The notes under the pieces are model-generated. The model was not told the DNA's origin. It made no database searches and worked only from the letters and a program-made list of their open reading frames with translations. From positions 25,972-89,971 of IMG/VR virus record IMGVR_UViG_3300020183_000033: DNA of 64,000 nt; one strand, given 5' to 3'. This DNA is from a virus. Position numbers and translations under genes: made by a program. Shown in pieces: positions 35,670 to 44,864 of the stretch (positions within the stretch are counted from its first letter, which is position 1; each line of letters opens with the position of its first letter).

Positions 35670-36050
35670 ACAGGTATCTATTACTCAGCTGACAACATCT
35701 ATATCATTGGTCGTCAGCAGGATAAAGACGGCAAGGAAGTTGTTGGATTTAACTTCATTATCAACGTAGAGAAGTCACGGTTCGTAAAAGAAAAGTCCAA
35801 GATCCCTGTTGAGTTCTCGTTGGAAGATGGCATCTCTAAGTATTCAGGTCTGCTTGATATGGCATTGGAATCTGGGTTTGTAACTAACCCAACTAAGGGA
35901 TGGTATCAGTTCGGGGAGAACAAGTTCCGTGCTGATAACTTTGGTGAGCACGCAGAAGTTCTTCTCGCGTCTGATGAGTTCAAGCAATGGGTTATTGATA
36001 AATATTCACTGAATACCAGACTCTGGCAAGCAGAAGAGGAAGAAGAATAA
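35565..36050 (+). CDS. uvsX: Split-intein C-fragment (35 aa) fused to UvsX C-extein (126 aa)
   Basis: THN|TGIYYSADNI.IIGRQQ.K.G....G.NF.INVEKSR.VKEKSKIP, continuing UvsX exactly after SGG. Confidence 0.95.
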   Translation: MKIVNITPIGKKQVYDLSVEAVEHYVLANGVVTHNTGIYYSADNIYIIGRQQDKDGKEVVGFNFIINVEKSRFVKEKSKIPVEFSLEDGISKYSGLLDMALESGFVTNPTKGWYQFGENKFRADNFGEHAEVLLASDEFKQWVIDKYSLNTRLWQAEEEEE

Positions 36051-36421
36051 TGACAAAGAAGAAATCAGATAGCTATAATTTCGTGACGATGCCTGACCTA
36101 AAGTGCTCCTACTTTTTAGTAGAGAACAAGCAGAAGGGAAACGATGTCATCGCTCTTCTCCTTCGCCTTGAAGAAGGAAGACATAAAGGAATTATCGTCG
36201 AGATTTCTAAGTTTGAACTAGCTGAAAATTCAAACAACTTGACTTTTAACTATGATGTAGTGTATAATCCATATGAGAAGATTCCAAACGTTAAAACAAT
36301 TGAAACCTTTATCCGTAAAACTGTTGGTCGTATTATTACTAATGCACTTAGTTGTGTTCTTTTAAACGAGGGTTTTCCTGATGAAAATAGAATCTCTGAT
36401 TCTGAAGTCGTTACTAGTTAA
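36050..36421 (+). CDS. Hypothetical protein at the gp40 position (possible head-vertex assembly chaperone)
   Basis: Between uvsX and gp41 as in T4; L.F.Y.V..NP pattern. Confidence 0.45.
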   Translation: MTKKKSDSYNFVTMPDLKCSYFLVENKQKGNDVIALLLRLEEGRHKGIIVEISKFELAENSNNLTFNYDVVYNPYEKIPNVKTIETFIRKTVGRIITNALSCVLLNEGFPDENRISDSEVVTS

Positions 36422-37769
36422 CGAAAATTATTGCCGTGCTGTATTACCATATCTAAAACCTGAGTATTTCACAGATTTTACTCAAAAAACGATCTTTAAA
36501 GCTATCAATGGATTCGTTAATAATTACAACGAACAACCTACCATTGAAGCGTTGCGCGTTATTCTTTCTGAGTCTTCCCTAAAAGAAGAGGAGTCAGATT
36601 CTGCTCTAACTTCTCTTGATGATTATGTTGACGGAGAAGAAAACAATTTTAACTGGTTAATGGATAAAACTGAAGAGTTCTGTAAGGAACAGGCTATCCA
36701 TAATGCTGTACTTGAGTCTATTCATATTATTTCTGACAAAAAAGAGAAAAAAGATAAAGGTGTTATCCCTGAGCTATTGAAAGAAGCTCTCGCAATCTCT
36801 TTTGATCCTACCGTTGGTCACGATTTCATGGAAGACTATGAAGCGCGATATGACTTCTATCATCGTAAAGAAGAACGTATTCCGTTTGATATCGAACAAT
36901 TAAATCAGATCACAAAGGGTGGTCTGCCACGCAAGACGCTCAACATTATCTTGGCGGGAACGGGAAGTGGAAAATCTCTTTCCATGTGTCACTTCGCTAC
37001 AACAAATCTAACGCAGGGTAAGAACGTTTTGTACATCACGATGGAAATGGCAGAACAGAAGATCGCGGAACGTATTGACGCAAATATGTTGGATATCTCC
37101 CTAGAGAATCTGGCTCTTATTTCTAAGGAACAATACACGAAGTTAATTACAAGCGCGAAGAAGCGCACGACAGGTAGGTTGATCGTGAAGGAATATCCGA
37201 CTTCTTCTGCAAATGTAAATCACTTCCGTCATCTTCTGAATGAGTTGAACCTCAAGAAGAAGTTTGTTCCTGATATTATCTACATTGACTATTTGAATAT
37301 CTGTTCTTCTTCTAGAATGAAGTTCTCACCAAACGTGAACTCTTACACGATGATTAAATCTATTGCAGAAGAGATCCGTGGTCTAGCTGTTGAATTTGAC
37401 GTTCCAATTATCAGTGCTACCCAGACGAATAGAACAGGCTTTTCTTCTTCTGACGTTGAACTAACAGATACGTCTGAATCGTTTGGTTTGCCAGCAACGG
37501 CTGACTTTATGATTGCTCTTATCAACACAGAAGAGTTGGAAAAGATGTCTCAATTGTTAGTAAAGCAGCTAAAGAACAGATACAACGATGTATCCTCGAA
37601 CAAGAAGTTCTGTGTTGGAATTGATCGTTCTAAGATGAGATTATATCAAGTTTCTGAAACCACAAGCGGATATGAAACATCTAATAATAGTGAGGACTTC
37701 TATACGGATGCGCCTGATTATGGTGGTCGGTCTACGTTAAAGGACAAGTTCAACAACTTTAAATTCTAG
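36381..37769 (+). CDS. gp41: Replicative helicase gp41
   Basis: AGTGSGKS, LYITMEMAE..IAERIDAN, KEYPT, IDYLNIC, SATQTNR, SESFGLPATAD, QLKNRY. Confidence 0.97.
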   Translation: MKIESLILKSLLVNENYCRAVLPYLKPEYFTDFTQKTIFKAINGFVNNYNEQPTIEALRVILSESSLKEEESDSALTSLDDYVDGEENNFNWLMDKTEEFCKEQAIHNAVLESIHIISDKKEKKDKGVIPELLKEALAISFDPTVGHDFMEDYEARYDFYHRKEERIPFDIEQLNQITKGGLPRKTLNIILAGTGSGKSLSMCHFATTNLTQGKNVLYITMEMAEQKIAERIDANMLDISLENLALISKEQYTKLITSAKKRTTGRLIVKEYPTSSANVNHFRHLLNELNLKKKFVPDIIYIDYLNICSSSRMKFSPNVNSYTMIKSIAEEIRGLAVEFDVPIISATQTNRTGFSSSDVELTDTSESFGLPATADFMIALINTEELEKMSQLLVKQLKNRYNDVSSNKKFCVGIDRSKMRLYQVSETTSGYETSNNSEDFYTDAPDYGGRSTLKDKFNNFKF

Positions 37770-37778
37770 AGGATTGGT

Positions 37779-38015
37779 ATGAAAAGATTTAATGCATTTA
37801 GCATGCTAATTTGTACACTGTGTATTGGTGTAGTGTATTTGGTATCAACTGGTTTGGTTATTATTATTGGGACGATTTCTAATTTCTTTCTCTGGATAAA
37901 CAGGAAGTTGGCGTTAACTCTTATCTGGGCTGAACGTGAATACCTTCGCGAAAAAGGCGTTGAGTACGACGAGGCGTATTACGAAAAAGCTATTGACTTT
38001 ATCAAAAAGCTTTAG
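37779..38015 (+). CDS. Small membrane protein
   Basis: Hydrophobic N-terminal 35 aa, GAGGA SD. Confidence 0.55.
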   Translation: MKRFNAFSMLICTLCIGVVYLVSTGLVIIIGTISNFFLWINRKLALTLIWAEREYLREKGVEYDEAYYEKAIDFIKKL

Positions 38016-38023
38016 AATAAAAC

Positions 38024-38052
38024 TTGACAATTTAACGTAAAAGAGGTATAAT
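38024..38052 (+). promoter_or_regulatory. Consensus sigma70 promoter for the dioxygenase-glycosyltransferase pair
   Basis: TTGACA-17 bp-TATAAT, 8 nt before the ATG. Confidence 0.85.
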
Positions 38053-38060
38053 AGAAATAT

Positions 38061-39371
38061 ATGGGAAAGCCTAAGCAAATTTTTCTAAAAGAGACTGTAC
38101 CTGCGAATGATTGTGAGCACTTGCTCGGTACGTTTCTTGACGACTCTCACTATGATCTTCTAATTGAAGAAGACTGCGACGTATACAAACCAATCCCTGA
38201 TCATATAAAGAATAAATTTTTTGATAGCGAGCTTCTTAACTTAGAAAATTATCTGCTTCTGAAGTTTCGTAAGAATGTCTTCCCCGAAGACATGCAGAAG
38301 GAAGCGTATGTTGGTCTACGAGAGGCTGCGGTTGAATCACAGAACCGTGGGATCGCGGCAGGTTCGAGAACTGAAAAGTCCACAGGTCGTGACTGGGTGA
38401 CTATCCTTCAGGAAAAGGTAATAGATATTCTCTCAGAAGATAGTACCCCTCTTCCCGGCGAGGATCCTGTAGCTGATGCGTTCTTGAAATACGGTAACAG
38501 TAATGAAGTTGGAGCCAGAGGTTCTGTGTGGTTAACTGGCAAGAAGCCAGCGAACTTTAACTTCGTTGAATGGGCAAACGCAACTAAGAAGCTATCCTAC
38601 AAAGACCGTATCAAGGAAGTAGAAAAAATCAATGATTGTATCTCAGATACCTCTTATGCTAATCCAGTATACAGTGGCATCGCAGGATACTTTGATCGTT
38701 ATCCTCGTATTCCTTATTGCCGAACCACAGCTTACACTTCTCATCAAGGCGATAAGTTCGCTGCTGCTGTTCCTTTTATTGAGAAGATCTCAGAAAAGTT
38801 TAAGGAGTTAGTTCCAGGTCGATGGGAAAATCAGAATAAAGAAGTTTCTAAGTTGGATAGATCGTTTAAAATTGGAAATTCGGTCTACACTACAATCACC
38901 GTTAACAAATCATATAGAACGGCGGCACATCGAGACGCTGGTGATTTACCTACTGGCTTCGGCAATCTTGCTGTCTTGTCTGACGGTAATCCTTATAATG
39001 GTTGCTATACATTATTTCCTAAGTTCCGTGTTGCGGTTAACGTGAGACCTGGTGATCTTGTGATGATGAACGTTCATGAGATTCACGGCAATACGAAGTT
39101 TGAAGGCGAAGGCGAACGTATCTCGATTGTCTGTTACATGCGCGAAAAGATGGCCGAATGTAAGACAAAGTCCTACGAGGATTGCCGTTATCGCTTCGTA
39201 GAGTCGCGTCGTTTAAATCAGGATCATCCTCTCTGGCACGAACACTGGAATGGTGTTTCAAGTGGTATGTGGAAGTCAGAGGAATGGCGTGACTATCTGA
39301 TGGAAAATGGTTTACATGAATACGCTGATCAACTCAACATCTCTTCTGGTGGAGTGGAGTTAGACATCTAA
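38061..39371 (+). CDS. TET/JBP-family 2OG-Fe(II) dioxygenase (5-methylpyrimidine oxidase)
   Basis: SGIAGYFDRYPRIPYCR.T, YTT.TVN...RTAAHRD.GD (HxD), HEIHGNT (distal His), RIS.VCY.RE (2OG-binding Arg). Confidence 0.88.
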   Translation: MGKPKQIFLKETVPANDCEHLLGTFLDDSHYDLLIEEDCDVYKPIPDHIKNKFFDSELLNLENYLLLKFRKNVFPEDMQKEAYVGLREAAVESQNRGIAAGSRTEKSTGRDWVTILQEKVIDILSEDSTPLPGEDPVADAFLKYGNSNEVGARGSVWLTGKKPANFNFVEWANATKKLSYKDRIKEVEKINDCISDTSYANPVYSGIAGYFDRYPRIPYCRTTAYTSHQGDKFAAAVPFIEKISEKFKELVPGRWENQNKEVSKLDRSFKIGNSVYTTITVNKSYRTAAHRDAGDLPTGFGNLAVLSDGNPYNGCYTLFPKFRVAVNVRPGDLVMMNVHEIHGNTKFEGEGERISIVCYMREKMAECKTKSYEDCRYRFVESRRLNQDHPLWHEHWNGVSSGMWKSEEWRDYLMENGLHEYADQLNISSGGVELDI

Positions 39372-40177
39372 TGTTAGAAATTATTATCCCGACTCTGGGT
39401 CGTTGTGACAACCAGATTACTTTAAATTCTCTTCCTCATAAGTGGAAAAAAAATACTACATTAGTTGTTCAAGAACACGAGTATGACTATATGAATAAGA
39501 AATATGGTAACTCTTGTTCTGTTTGGCGATTGCCTTCTGGTACTAAAGGTATTGCTTGGACTAGAAAGCATATCGCTAATAACTGGAAGAACAAGAACAT
39601 CTTTGTTATGGACGACGATCTAAAGTTTGTTCAGTTAAAAGATGTTGAAGGTAAGATGATTGGGTCTTCTCCAACGGAAGAAGAGTTCGACTTTACTATG
39701 TCAGAAGTAAGTCGTCATATGCAGGAGGGTGTTGTTCATGGTGGATTCGCTGTAAACAACACTCCTCCTGTTCCTAATCCTTATAACTATAATTCGCGTA
39801 TTTGGACAAACGTATTCTACTCAGCCGATTTCCCTGTGGATCAGATAGACTTCGGCACGCAGTATGAACTAATGCCAGAAGACTTCTATGTAAATCTACA
39901 GTTGCTTACAAAAGGTTACAAGAACGTGATTTTCAATCACTTCAGAGTTTCGCCTTCGGCTACAAATGCTAAAGGTGGATGCGCTGAATACAGAACTATT
40001 AACAACCATAACCGTGGTCAAGAAATTCTAGCGGAGTTATTCCCTGAGTTTGTTACAGTAACTAGTAAGGCACAAACATCAGGACCATGGGCTGGGCAAG
40101 AAAAAAAGGCTCTTTCCATTCAATGGAAAAAAGCCTTTGAATCTTCTCAGATTTCTTCTCTGGAATCTTTTTTCTAG
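39371..40177 (+). CDS. TET-associated GT-A glycosyltransferase (TAGT-like)
   Basis: IIIPT.GR, GI...R..I, MDDD (DxD), ED....LQLL..G..N, GGC...R; TAATG-coupled to the dioxygenase. Confidence 0.82.
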   Translation: MLEIIIPTLGRCDNQITLNSLPHKWKKNTTLVVQEHEYDYMNKKYGNSCSVWRLPSGTKGIAWTRKHIANNWKNKNIFVMDDDLKFVQLKDVEGKMIGSSPTEEEFDFTMSEVSRHMQEGVVHGGFAVNNTPPVPNPYNYNSRIWTNVFYSADFPVDQIDFGTQYELMPEDFYVNLQLLTKGYKNVIFNHFRVSPSATNAKGGCAEYRTINNHNRGQEILAELFPEFVTVTSKAQTSGPWAGQEKKALSIQWKKAFESSQISSLESFF

Positions 40178-42855
40178 ACAAAAATAAAGTCGTTTTGTAT
40201 TGCTCTGACATAAGAAGAAAGATCTGATCGAATGGGCATAACTCCTTTGTGCCCATTTCCAGAACTATTTGATCCAACAGAGCTGTTATTGTTAGTAACG
40301 TTACTGATATTGTTAACGACAGTAGAACCTGTTTGTTTATTTGCAGCGTTGTTTTCAGAAGACTTATTTACCAGGTTCGCGCCGTTGTTAATTGGCGGAG
40401 TAACTTGATCTGGTGCAGCAGTAGGAGTTGGAGTATTAACTGATTCCGGCTGCATTCCATTTAATCGTCTAACTAATTTTCTGACATTTTTAATGGAATT
40501 TTTTTGTTGTTCAGTATACAAGTTTTCAGGTACAGGTTTCCCATTAATCTCTGTAGGAATGTTTCCTTCAAACCTAGCCGATTCCAATTGTATTCCCATC
40601 TTATCAGCAAACTCTGTGGCCAACTTTTCTTTTTCTTCTTCGTTTTCTTCTTTGTTACTGTAAACTCTGGTAGGAGTTCCTGGTGTAGCAGTAAGAGTTC
40701 CTGTTGTAGCAGTAAGAGTTCCTGTTGTAGCAGTAAGAGTTCCTTGCCCTGTTGTAGCAGTAGGAGTTCCTTGCCCTGTTGTAGCAGTAGCAGCAGGAGT
40801 TGGAGTATTAACTGATTCCGGCTGCGTTCCATTTAATTGTCTGTTTAATTGTCTGGCATTTTTAATGGATTTTTTTTGTTCTTCAGTATACAAGTTTTCA
40901 GGTACAGGTTTCCCATTAATTTCTATAGGAATGTTTCCTACAAACTTAACTGATTCATACTGTATTCCCATCTTATCAGCAAATTCTTTAGCCAACTTTT
41001 CCTTTTTTTCTTCTTTTTCTTCTCCTCCGTCAGAAGGCTTATTCATATCTTTCAAATCTTTAGCGGCTAATGCTGCATCTACAGCAAGTGAAGCACCAGT
41101 TCCAATACCTGGAACAGTTCCCAAAATACCAGATCCTGCTTCCATGGCAGCACCTAAGTAGTCGCCTTTCATAGCTCTATTAGCTGCGAATCCAAGACCA
41201 GCCGCCAGACCAATAAACGGAATCTTCTTGACCAAAGCCTTTCCACCAATCTTAGACAAAAACTTGGACGCTTTGGATGCTGCAGGCGCTGCAGTTTCTG
41301 CTGCCTTACCAGCCGTTTCAGCAATCTTGGATGCTGCAGGCGCTGCAGTTTCTGCTGCCTTACCAGCCGTTTCAGCAATCTTGGATACTGCAGGCGCTGC
41401 AGTTTCTGCTGCCTTACCAGCCGTTTCAGCACCTAGTGCACCACCGATACCTAAAAATCTGCCTAATTTTCCACTTCCGCTCAAACGACCGGTCGCGCGA
41501 CCTGGTTTTTTTCTCCGCCTTCCCCGCCGAGAACCTGAGAAATCCAACATGTCGAGTAAAGAGGTTCCTCCTCCTTCTTTATCATCTTCTTCTAGTTTAT
41601 TTTTCCCTTCTTCTGGTATAGCTATTGGTGTTGTAGAAGCTTCTGGTGTTGCGTTTAGTTTTTCTAGCATGCTTTCTTTTAACTCAGAAGCACGCTCTTG
41701 TTCTTTTCTTTCCCTGGTTTCTTGTAACTCTTTACTCTCTTTAAATGCCTTTGTTAGAGTGTCATAAATTTTAAGTAAGTGCTCGTCGATAGTTTTGAGT
41801 TCACCGACGATAAGGTTAACACCAGGCGTAGGTTCTGCTTCTGCTCCTGCGAAACCTGTCGCTGCCACTGGTTGAGGAAAAGTTTCAGGTTCGTTTTCAA
41901 CAGTAGGTTCAGTAGTTACTTTATCGGGAGTTTTAGACTCGGTTGTTACTTCAGGCGATTCTGGTGCCTTTGCTTCAACGTTTACTTCTGGTGTAGGCTC
42001 TGGTGTGGGAGACTTTATCTTTTCAAAACTAGCTGCTAGAGATCGCTTATTTTCTTCTTCTATTTCGTTTTGTTCTTTTTTTTCTGAGTACTTGCGTTTT
42101 GCGCCTATAACAACGCTGCCAAGAAGACCAGCGAGCACATTATTTTTGTAGAGGTCGCTCAGTAAATCGTCTTCGGCAACTTTAAGTTCTTCTTTACTTT
42201 TCTTTTCATCAAGCTGCTTAACATTTAACTGTTCAGCTTTTGTAGAAAGTTCAACGATCTTATCTATGTCGTCAGAAGTTTTATCAGTCTTCTCGAGTAA
42301 GTTCTTTAACAAATTCCTGTCTGTGTCCGCAAGAAACTTTAAATTTCCTTTTAATTTTTCGAGGAAATTATTACTGGTTTCAAGCAACTGGTTGGTTTTT
42401 TTGTTACCACTAGAAATATCACGCAACTCTTCCAAAACTGATTCGTTGGCTTCTCTCAGTTTCTTTTGTTCTTGTGCGTTTTTTTCTGCTTTAAGTACCA
42501 TTGCGCCCAGGCCGCGCAATGCCTCTAGTGAATCTGCGTCTATCTTTTTCGAATCCAGAATAGCTTTAAGTGTTTTTTTGGAATTATTGTCTAACAGTTC
42601 GGCCTTGGAAATAAGAAGTTCAATTAATTCATTTGATTCCTTTGTGCCGTTTATGATCTTAGTTAGCTCTAAACTCTTTCTTTGTAAGAACGGTTTTTCC
42701 TTTGATGACTTTGACTTTCCGAATATTTTGATTTGCTCTGCCAGTTTTTCGTTAGAAGAATTGAGTTGGCGAATCTCAGCAGCCAGCTCGTTATTTTGTT
42801 TCTGCTGCTGTTCTTGACCTTGCTTTTGGTTTTGTTTATTTTTCTTTTTAGCCAT
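40174..42855 (-). CDS. Tape-measure-like / baseplate hub (gp29-like) protein
   Basis: Coiled-coil N-terminus, KKIP.IG...G..FA..R...GD..GA..E..SG membrane-like segment, N-rich C-terminus; downstream of gp26/gp51. Confidence 0.7.
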   Translation of the reverse strand: MAKKKNKQNQKQGQEQQQKQNNELAAEIRQLNSSNEKLAEQIKIFGKSKSSKEKPFLQRKSLELTKIINGTKESNELIELLISKAELLDNNSKKTLKAILDSKKIDADSLEALRGLGAMVLKAEKNAQEQKKLREANESVLEELRDISSGNKKTNQLLETSNNFLEKLKGNLKFLADTDRNLLKNLLEKTDKTSDDIDKIVELSTKAEQLNVKQLDEKKSKEELKVAEDDLLSDLYKNNVLAGLLGSVVIGAKRKYSEKKEQNEIEEENKRSLAASFEKIKSPTPEPTPEVNVEAKAPESPEVTTESKTPDKVTTEPTVENEPETFPQPVAATGFAGAEAEPTPGVNLIVGELKTIDEHLLKIYDTLTKAFKESKELQETRERKEQERASELKESMLEKLNATPEASTTPIAIPEEGKNKLEEDDKEGGGTSLLDMLDFSGSRRGRRRKKPGRATGRLSGSGKLGRFLGIGGALGAETAGKAAETAAPAVSKIAETAGKAAETAAPAASKIAETAGKAAETAAPAASKASKFLSKIGGKALVKKIPFIGLAAGLGFAANRAMKGDYLGAAMEAGSGILGTVPGIGTGASLAVDAALAAKDLKDMNKPSDGGEEKEEKKEKLAKEFADKMGIQYESVKFVGNIPIEINGKPVPENLYTEEQKKSIKNARQLNRQLNGTQPESVNTPTPAATATTGQGTPTATTGQGTLTATTGTLTATTGTLTATPGTPTRVYSNKEENEEEKEKLATEFADKMGIQLESARFEGNIPTEINGKPVPENLYTEQQKNSIKNVRKLVRRLNGMQPESVNTPTPTAAPDQVTPPINNGANLVNKSSENNAANKQTGSTVVNNISNVTNNNSSVGSNSSGNGHKGVMPIRSDLSSYVRAIQNDFIFV
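40425..41010. repeat. About 210-bp direct duplication separated by 21/27-bp tandem repeats
   Basis: EKLA.EFADKMGIQ.ES..F.GNIP.EINGKPVPENLYTE.QK.SIKN.R.L.R.LNG.QPESVNTPTP occurs twice; TATTG(QG)T[LP] repeats lie between. Confidence 0.85.
41273..41430. repeat. Three 54-bp tandem repeats
   Basis: AETAGKAAETAAPA[VA]SKI x3. Confidence 0.9.
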
Positions 42856-42976
42856 TTCTCTTTCTTCTTTCGTTTTCTTCTTCTACAAACTTATTCAATA
42901 GAGATATGTAAATTTCCCTTTCCCATGGAAGCATATTTTCTAATTCAGTCAGAGAGTATCCATGATATTGCATCAT
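42848..42976 (-). CDS. gp51: gp51-like baseplate hub assembly protein (probably the -1 frameshift extension of gp26)
   Basis: MMQ.H.YSLTELENM.PWER.IY..LL motif; its reading frame stays open upstream across the gp26 stop. Confidence 0.75.
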   Translation of the reverse strand: MMQYHGYSLTELENMLPWEREIYISLLNKFVEEENERRKRNG

Positions 42977-43023
42977 AGCGAAATTAGATAGATAATAATT
43001 GGTCAGCGTTTCGTTGCTGACCG

Positions 43024-43752
43024 CTATGCGAAAAAATCCTGCATTCCCTTTAGAACTAAATCTTCTTTGTATCCACACTTCTTGCAGACATAAGGAATCG
43101 TTTCTGAGATGTAGGGAATATTAGAATAGAATTTAATTAACTTATCCATGCTGGTAATTGAAAGAGTAAGAACAAATTCTCTTAGTTCCTCTCGTGTAAA
43201 GTCATCATAGATCTTTTCCGAGTCAAAAACATATTCGGTGTCGTTTGTAACCATGTCAATAACAGCAGTGTATTCCGACGTCGTTCCTTTGCCCTTAAAC
43301 AAATCTTCTGCAGTGCTGAGATTCGGATATTTGAGTTTGATGCCAAGGTTGTCAGTTAGTTTGATTTCGTTGTTCGAACCTTCAGGCCAGATTACCTTTA
43401 CTTTATCTAGCTGAGCTTCTGAAACATTGATAGCACCACACTTAATCCCGTCAATTATATTGTTACATTTATAACTGAGTTCTACCTTTTCGCCAACCGA
43501 CTTAGCTCTTAGATTAATAAAGAAGTATTCTATATCAAACGACGTAAGTTTATCTACGTCTATTCCTGGTGTTACGATACACGAAGAAACTATTTCTTTT
43601 GTCGCGTGGATAATATCCTGAATATCAGACGCTTCAGAAGACATCAGGAGGATGGATTGTTCCTTTACTGTATACGGTCTAAAAGTAATCTTCTTACCCG
43701 TGGAAGGTATCGTTAATTCGTATGTTGGTGTAGATAATGTTGGTAATGGCAT
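43024..43752 (-). CDS. gp26: Baseplate hub assembly protein gp26-like
   Basis: MPLP....P.Y.L..PSTG..I.FRP..VKE...L, FD.EY.F..LRAKS.GE, C..CG, DFF C-terminus. Confidence 0.85.
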   Translation of the reverse strand: MPLPTLSTPTYELTIPSTGKKITFRPYTVKEQSILLMSSEASDIQDIIHATKEIVSSCIVTPGIDVDKLTSFDIEYFFINLRAKSVGEKVELSYKCNNIIDGIKCGAINVSEAQLDKVKVIWPEGSNNEIKLTDNLGIKLKYPNLSTAEDLFKGKGTTSEYTAVIDMVTNDTEYVFDSEKIYDDFTREELREFVLTLSITSMDKLIKFYSNIPYISETIPYVCKKCGYKEDLVLKGMQDFFA

Positions 43753-43759
43753 ATTATTC

Positions 43760-44377
43760 CTATATCATTGGTTCCTTGTCTAAATGTGTCCAGTTAATTT
43801 GTAATGCTTGTTCGTTGTCGGTTGGTCTCTTAACAATTAAGTTTTCGTAAGTTAATAAGACGGTTTGTTCTAAAATGTCATCAGTCTTACCCCAGTCCAG
43901 GTTTGTCGCGTCTACCCGAGAAGGGTAGGCGTTTTGTAGAGTAATAGAGTAGACGTGCTTGGGGGTTCCTTCTTCTTTTTCAGCGTATGAGTAATGATCT
44001 ATAGTAACGTTGGTTACATACTCTTTATAGTAGGCAACGTTATTTGTCTCGAAGGAATTAATTGCTTCGACCCAGTTTTCAAAAAAATATCTCTGATACC
44101 ATGTATTGTCTACTAAAAAGGTCATGTCAACACTATCTACTGATCTACCATAAACAGAACTATACATCATACCATAGGTTCTAGTTTCTGTGGCATTAAG
44201 ATTAATCGAGGGGATAGAAACAGACTTACAATATAATGTGAGTTTTTCATTTTTAGCAGAGCCACTGTTTCTTTTCTGTAAGATCGGAGGTGGAACAAAA
44301 ATCACACTAAATCTGGCGGGACTTGCTAGATCTAAAATTGCCTTTGACTTAAACTCCTGAAGGTTAAAAGGACGCAT
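43760..44377 (-). CDS. gp54: Tail-tube initiator gp54-like (tube fold)
   Basis: A...RF.V, C..V.IP, F..W...I, Y..Y, L..AYP..V....L.W. Confidence 0.65.
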   Translation of the reverse strand: MRPFNLQEFKSKAILDLASPARFSVIFVPPPILQKRNSGSAKNEKLTLYCKSVSIPSINLNATETRTYGMMYSSVYGRSVDSVDMTFLVDNTWYQRYFFENWVEAINSFETNNVAYYKEYVTNVTIDHYSYAEKEEGTPKHVYSITLQNAYPSRVDATNLDWGKTDDILEQTVLLTYENLIVKRPTDNEQALQINWTHLDKEPMI

Positions 44378-44390
44378 ATGTTATTATTTA

Positions 44391-44834
44391 TTATTTTCCG
44401 AACAGTTCTTTTTCTGTGAATACTTTAAAGATAATTCCGTTTATCTCTGCAAACTTCTCTGCGGCTTGCCACTTCGCCTGATTTACCGCATAGTTCTGAC
44501 ACTCTTTTATATATGCAGGAGTTACTCGCTTTTTTTGGACAGGAGGTTGAGTCTGGGAATATGGCTTAACTTCAATGATATATGTCTTAATCTTCCCTGA
44601 AGAATCTCTTAACTTAACGTAGAAGTCTACGAAGTACCGATGTATCCTGCCGTCTAACGGAGAGATATAAGGAACAATGATTTCTTCCGAACCATACTCC
44701 AGAACACCTGGGTTCTCGTCCAGAAACTTCATCAGCTTGTATTCCCAAGAAGAACGGAAGATAATATTGTTGACGTCGCCGCGATACTTCTGCGGATTCT
44801 TTGGAGTAAATCTTCCCTTATAAGTGTTTCTCAT
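44391..44834 (-). CDS. gp4: Head completion nuclease gp4 (TnsA-like)
   Basis: YKG.F.P.NP.KY.GD...I..RSSWE, SEE..VPY.SP.D...HRYF.DF, IEVKP, N.AKW.AA. Confidence 0.92.
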   Translation of the reverse strand: MRNTYKGRFTPKNPQKYRGDVNNIIFRSSWEYKLMKFLDENPGVLEYGSEEIIVPYISPLDGRIHRYFVDFYVKLRDSSGKIKTYIIEVKPYSQTQPPVQKKRVTPAYIKECQNYAVNQAKWQAAEKFAEINGIIFKVFTEKELFGK

Positions 44835-44845
44835 ATATTCTAAAA

Positions 44846-44859
44846 TATTTAGCTAAATA
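44846..44859. promoter_or_regulatory. Back-to-back late promoters (palindrome TATTTAGCTAAATA) for the divergent gp4 and gp48 operons
   Basis: CTAAATA on both strands within a 30-bp intergenic gap. Confidence 0.65.
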
Positions 44860-44864
44860 GATAT

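Noticed and set aside
40473-42978. Low-complexity alternative ORFs (40473-40832, 40504-40815, 41169-41432, 41228-41767, 42266-42817 and others)
   Set aside because: Off-frame or antisense shadows of the repetitive tape-measure-like gene
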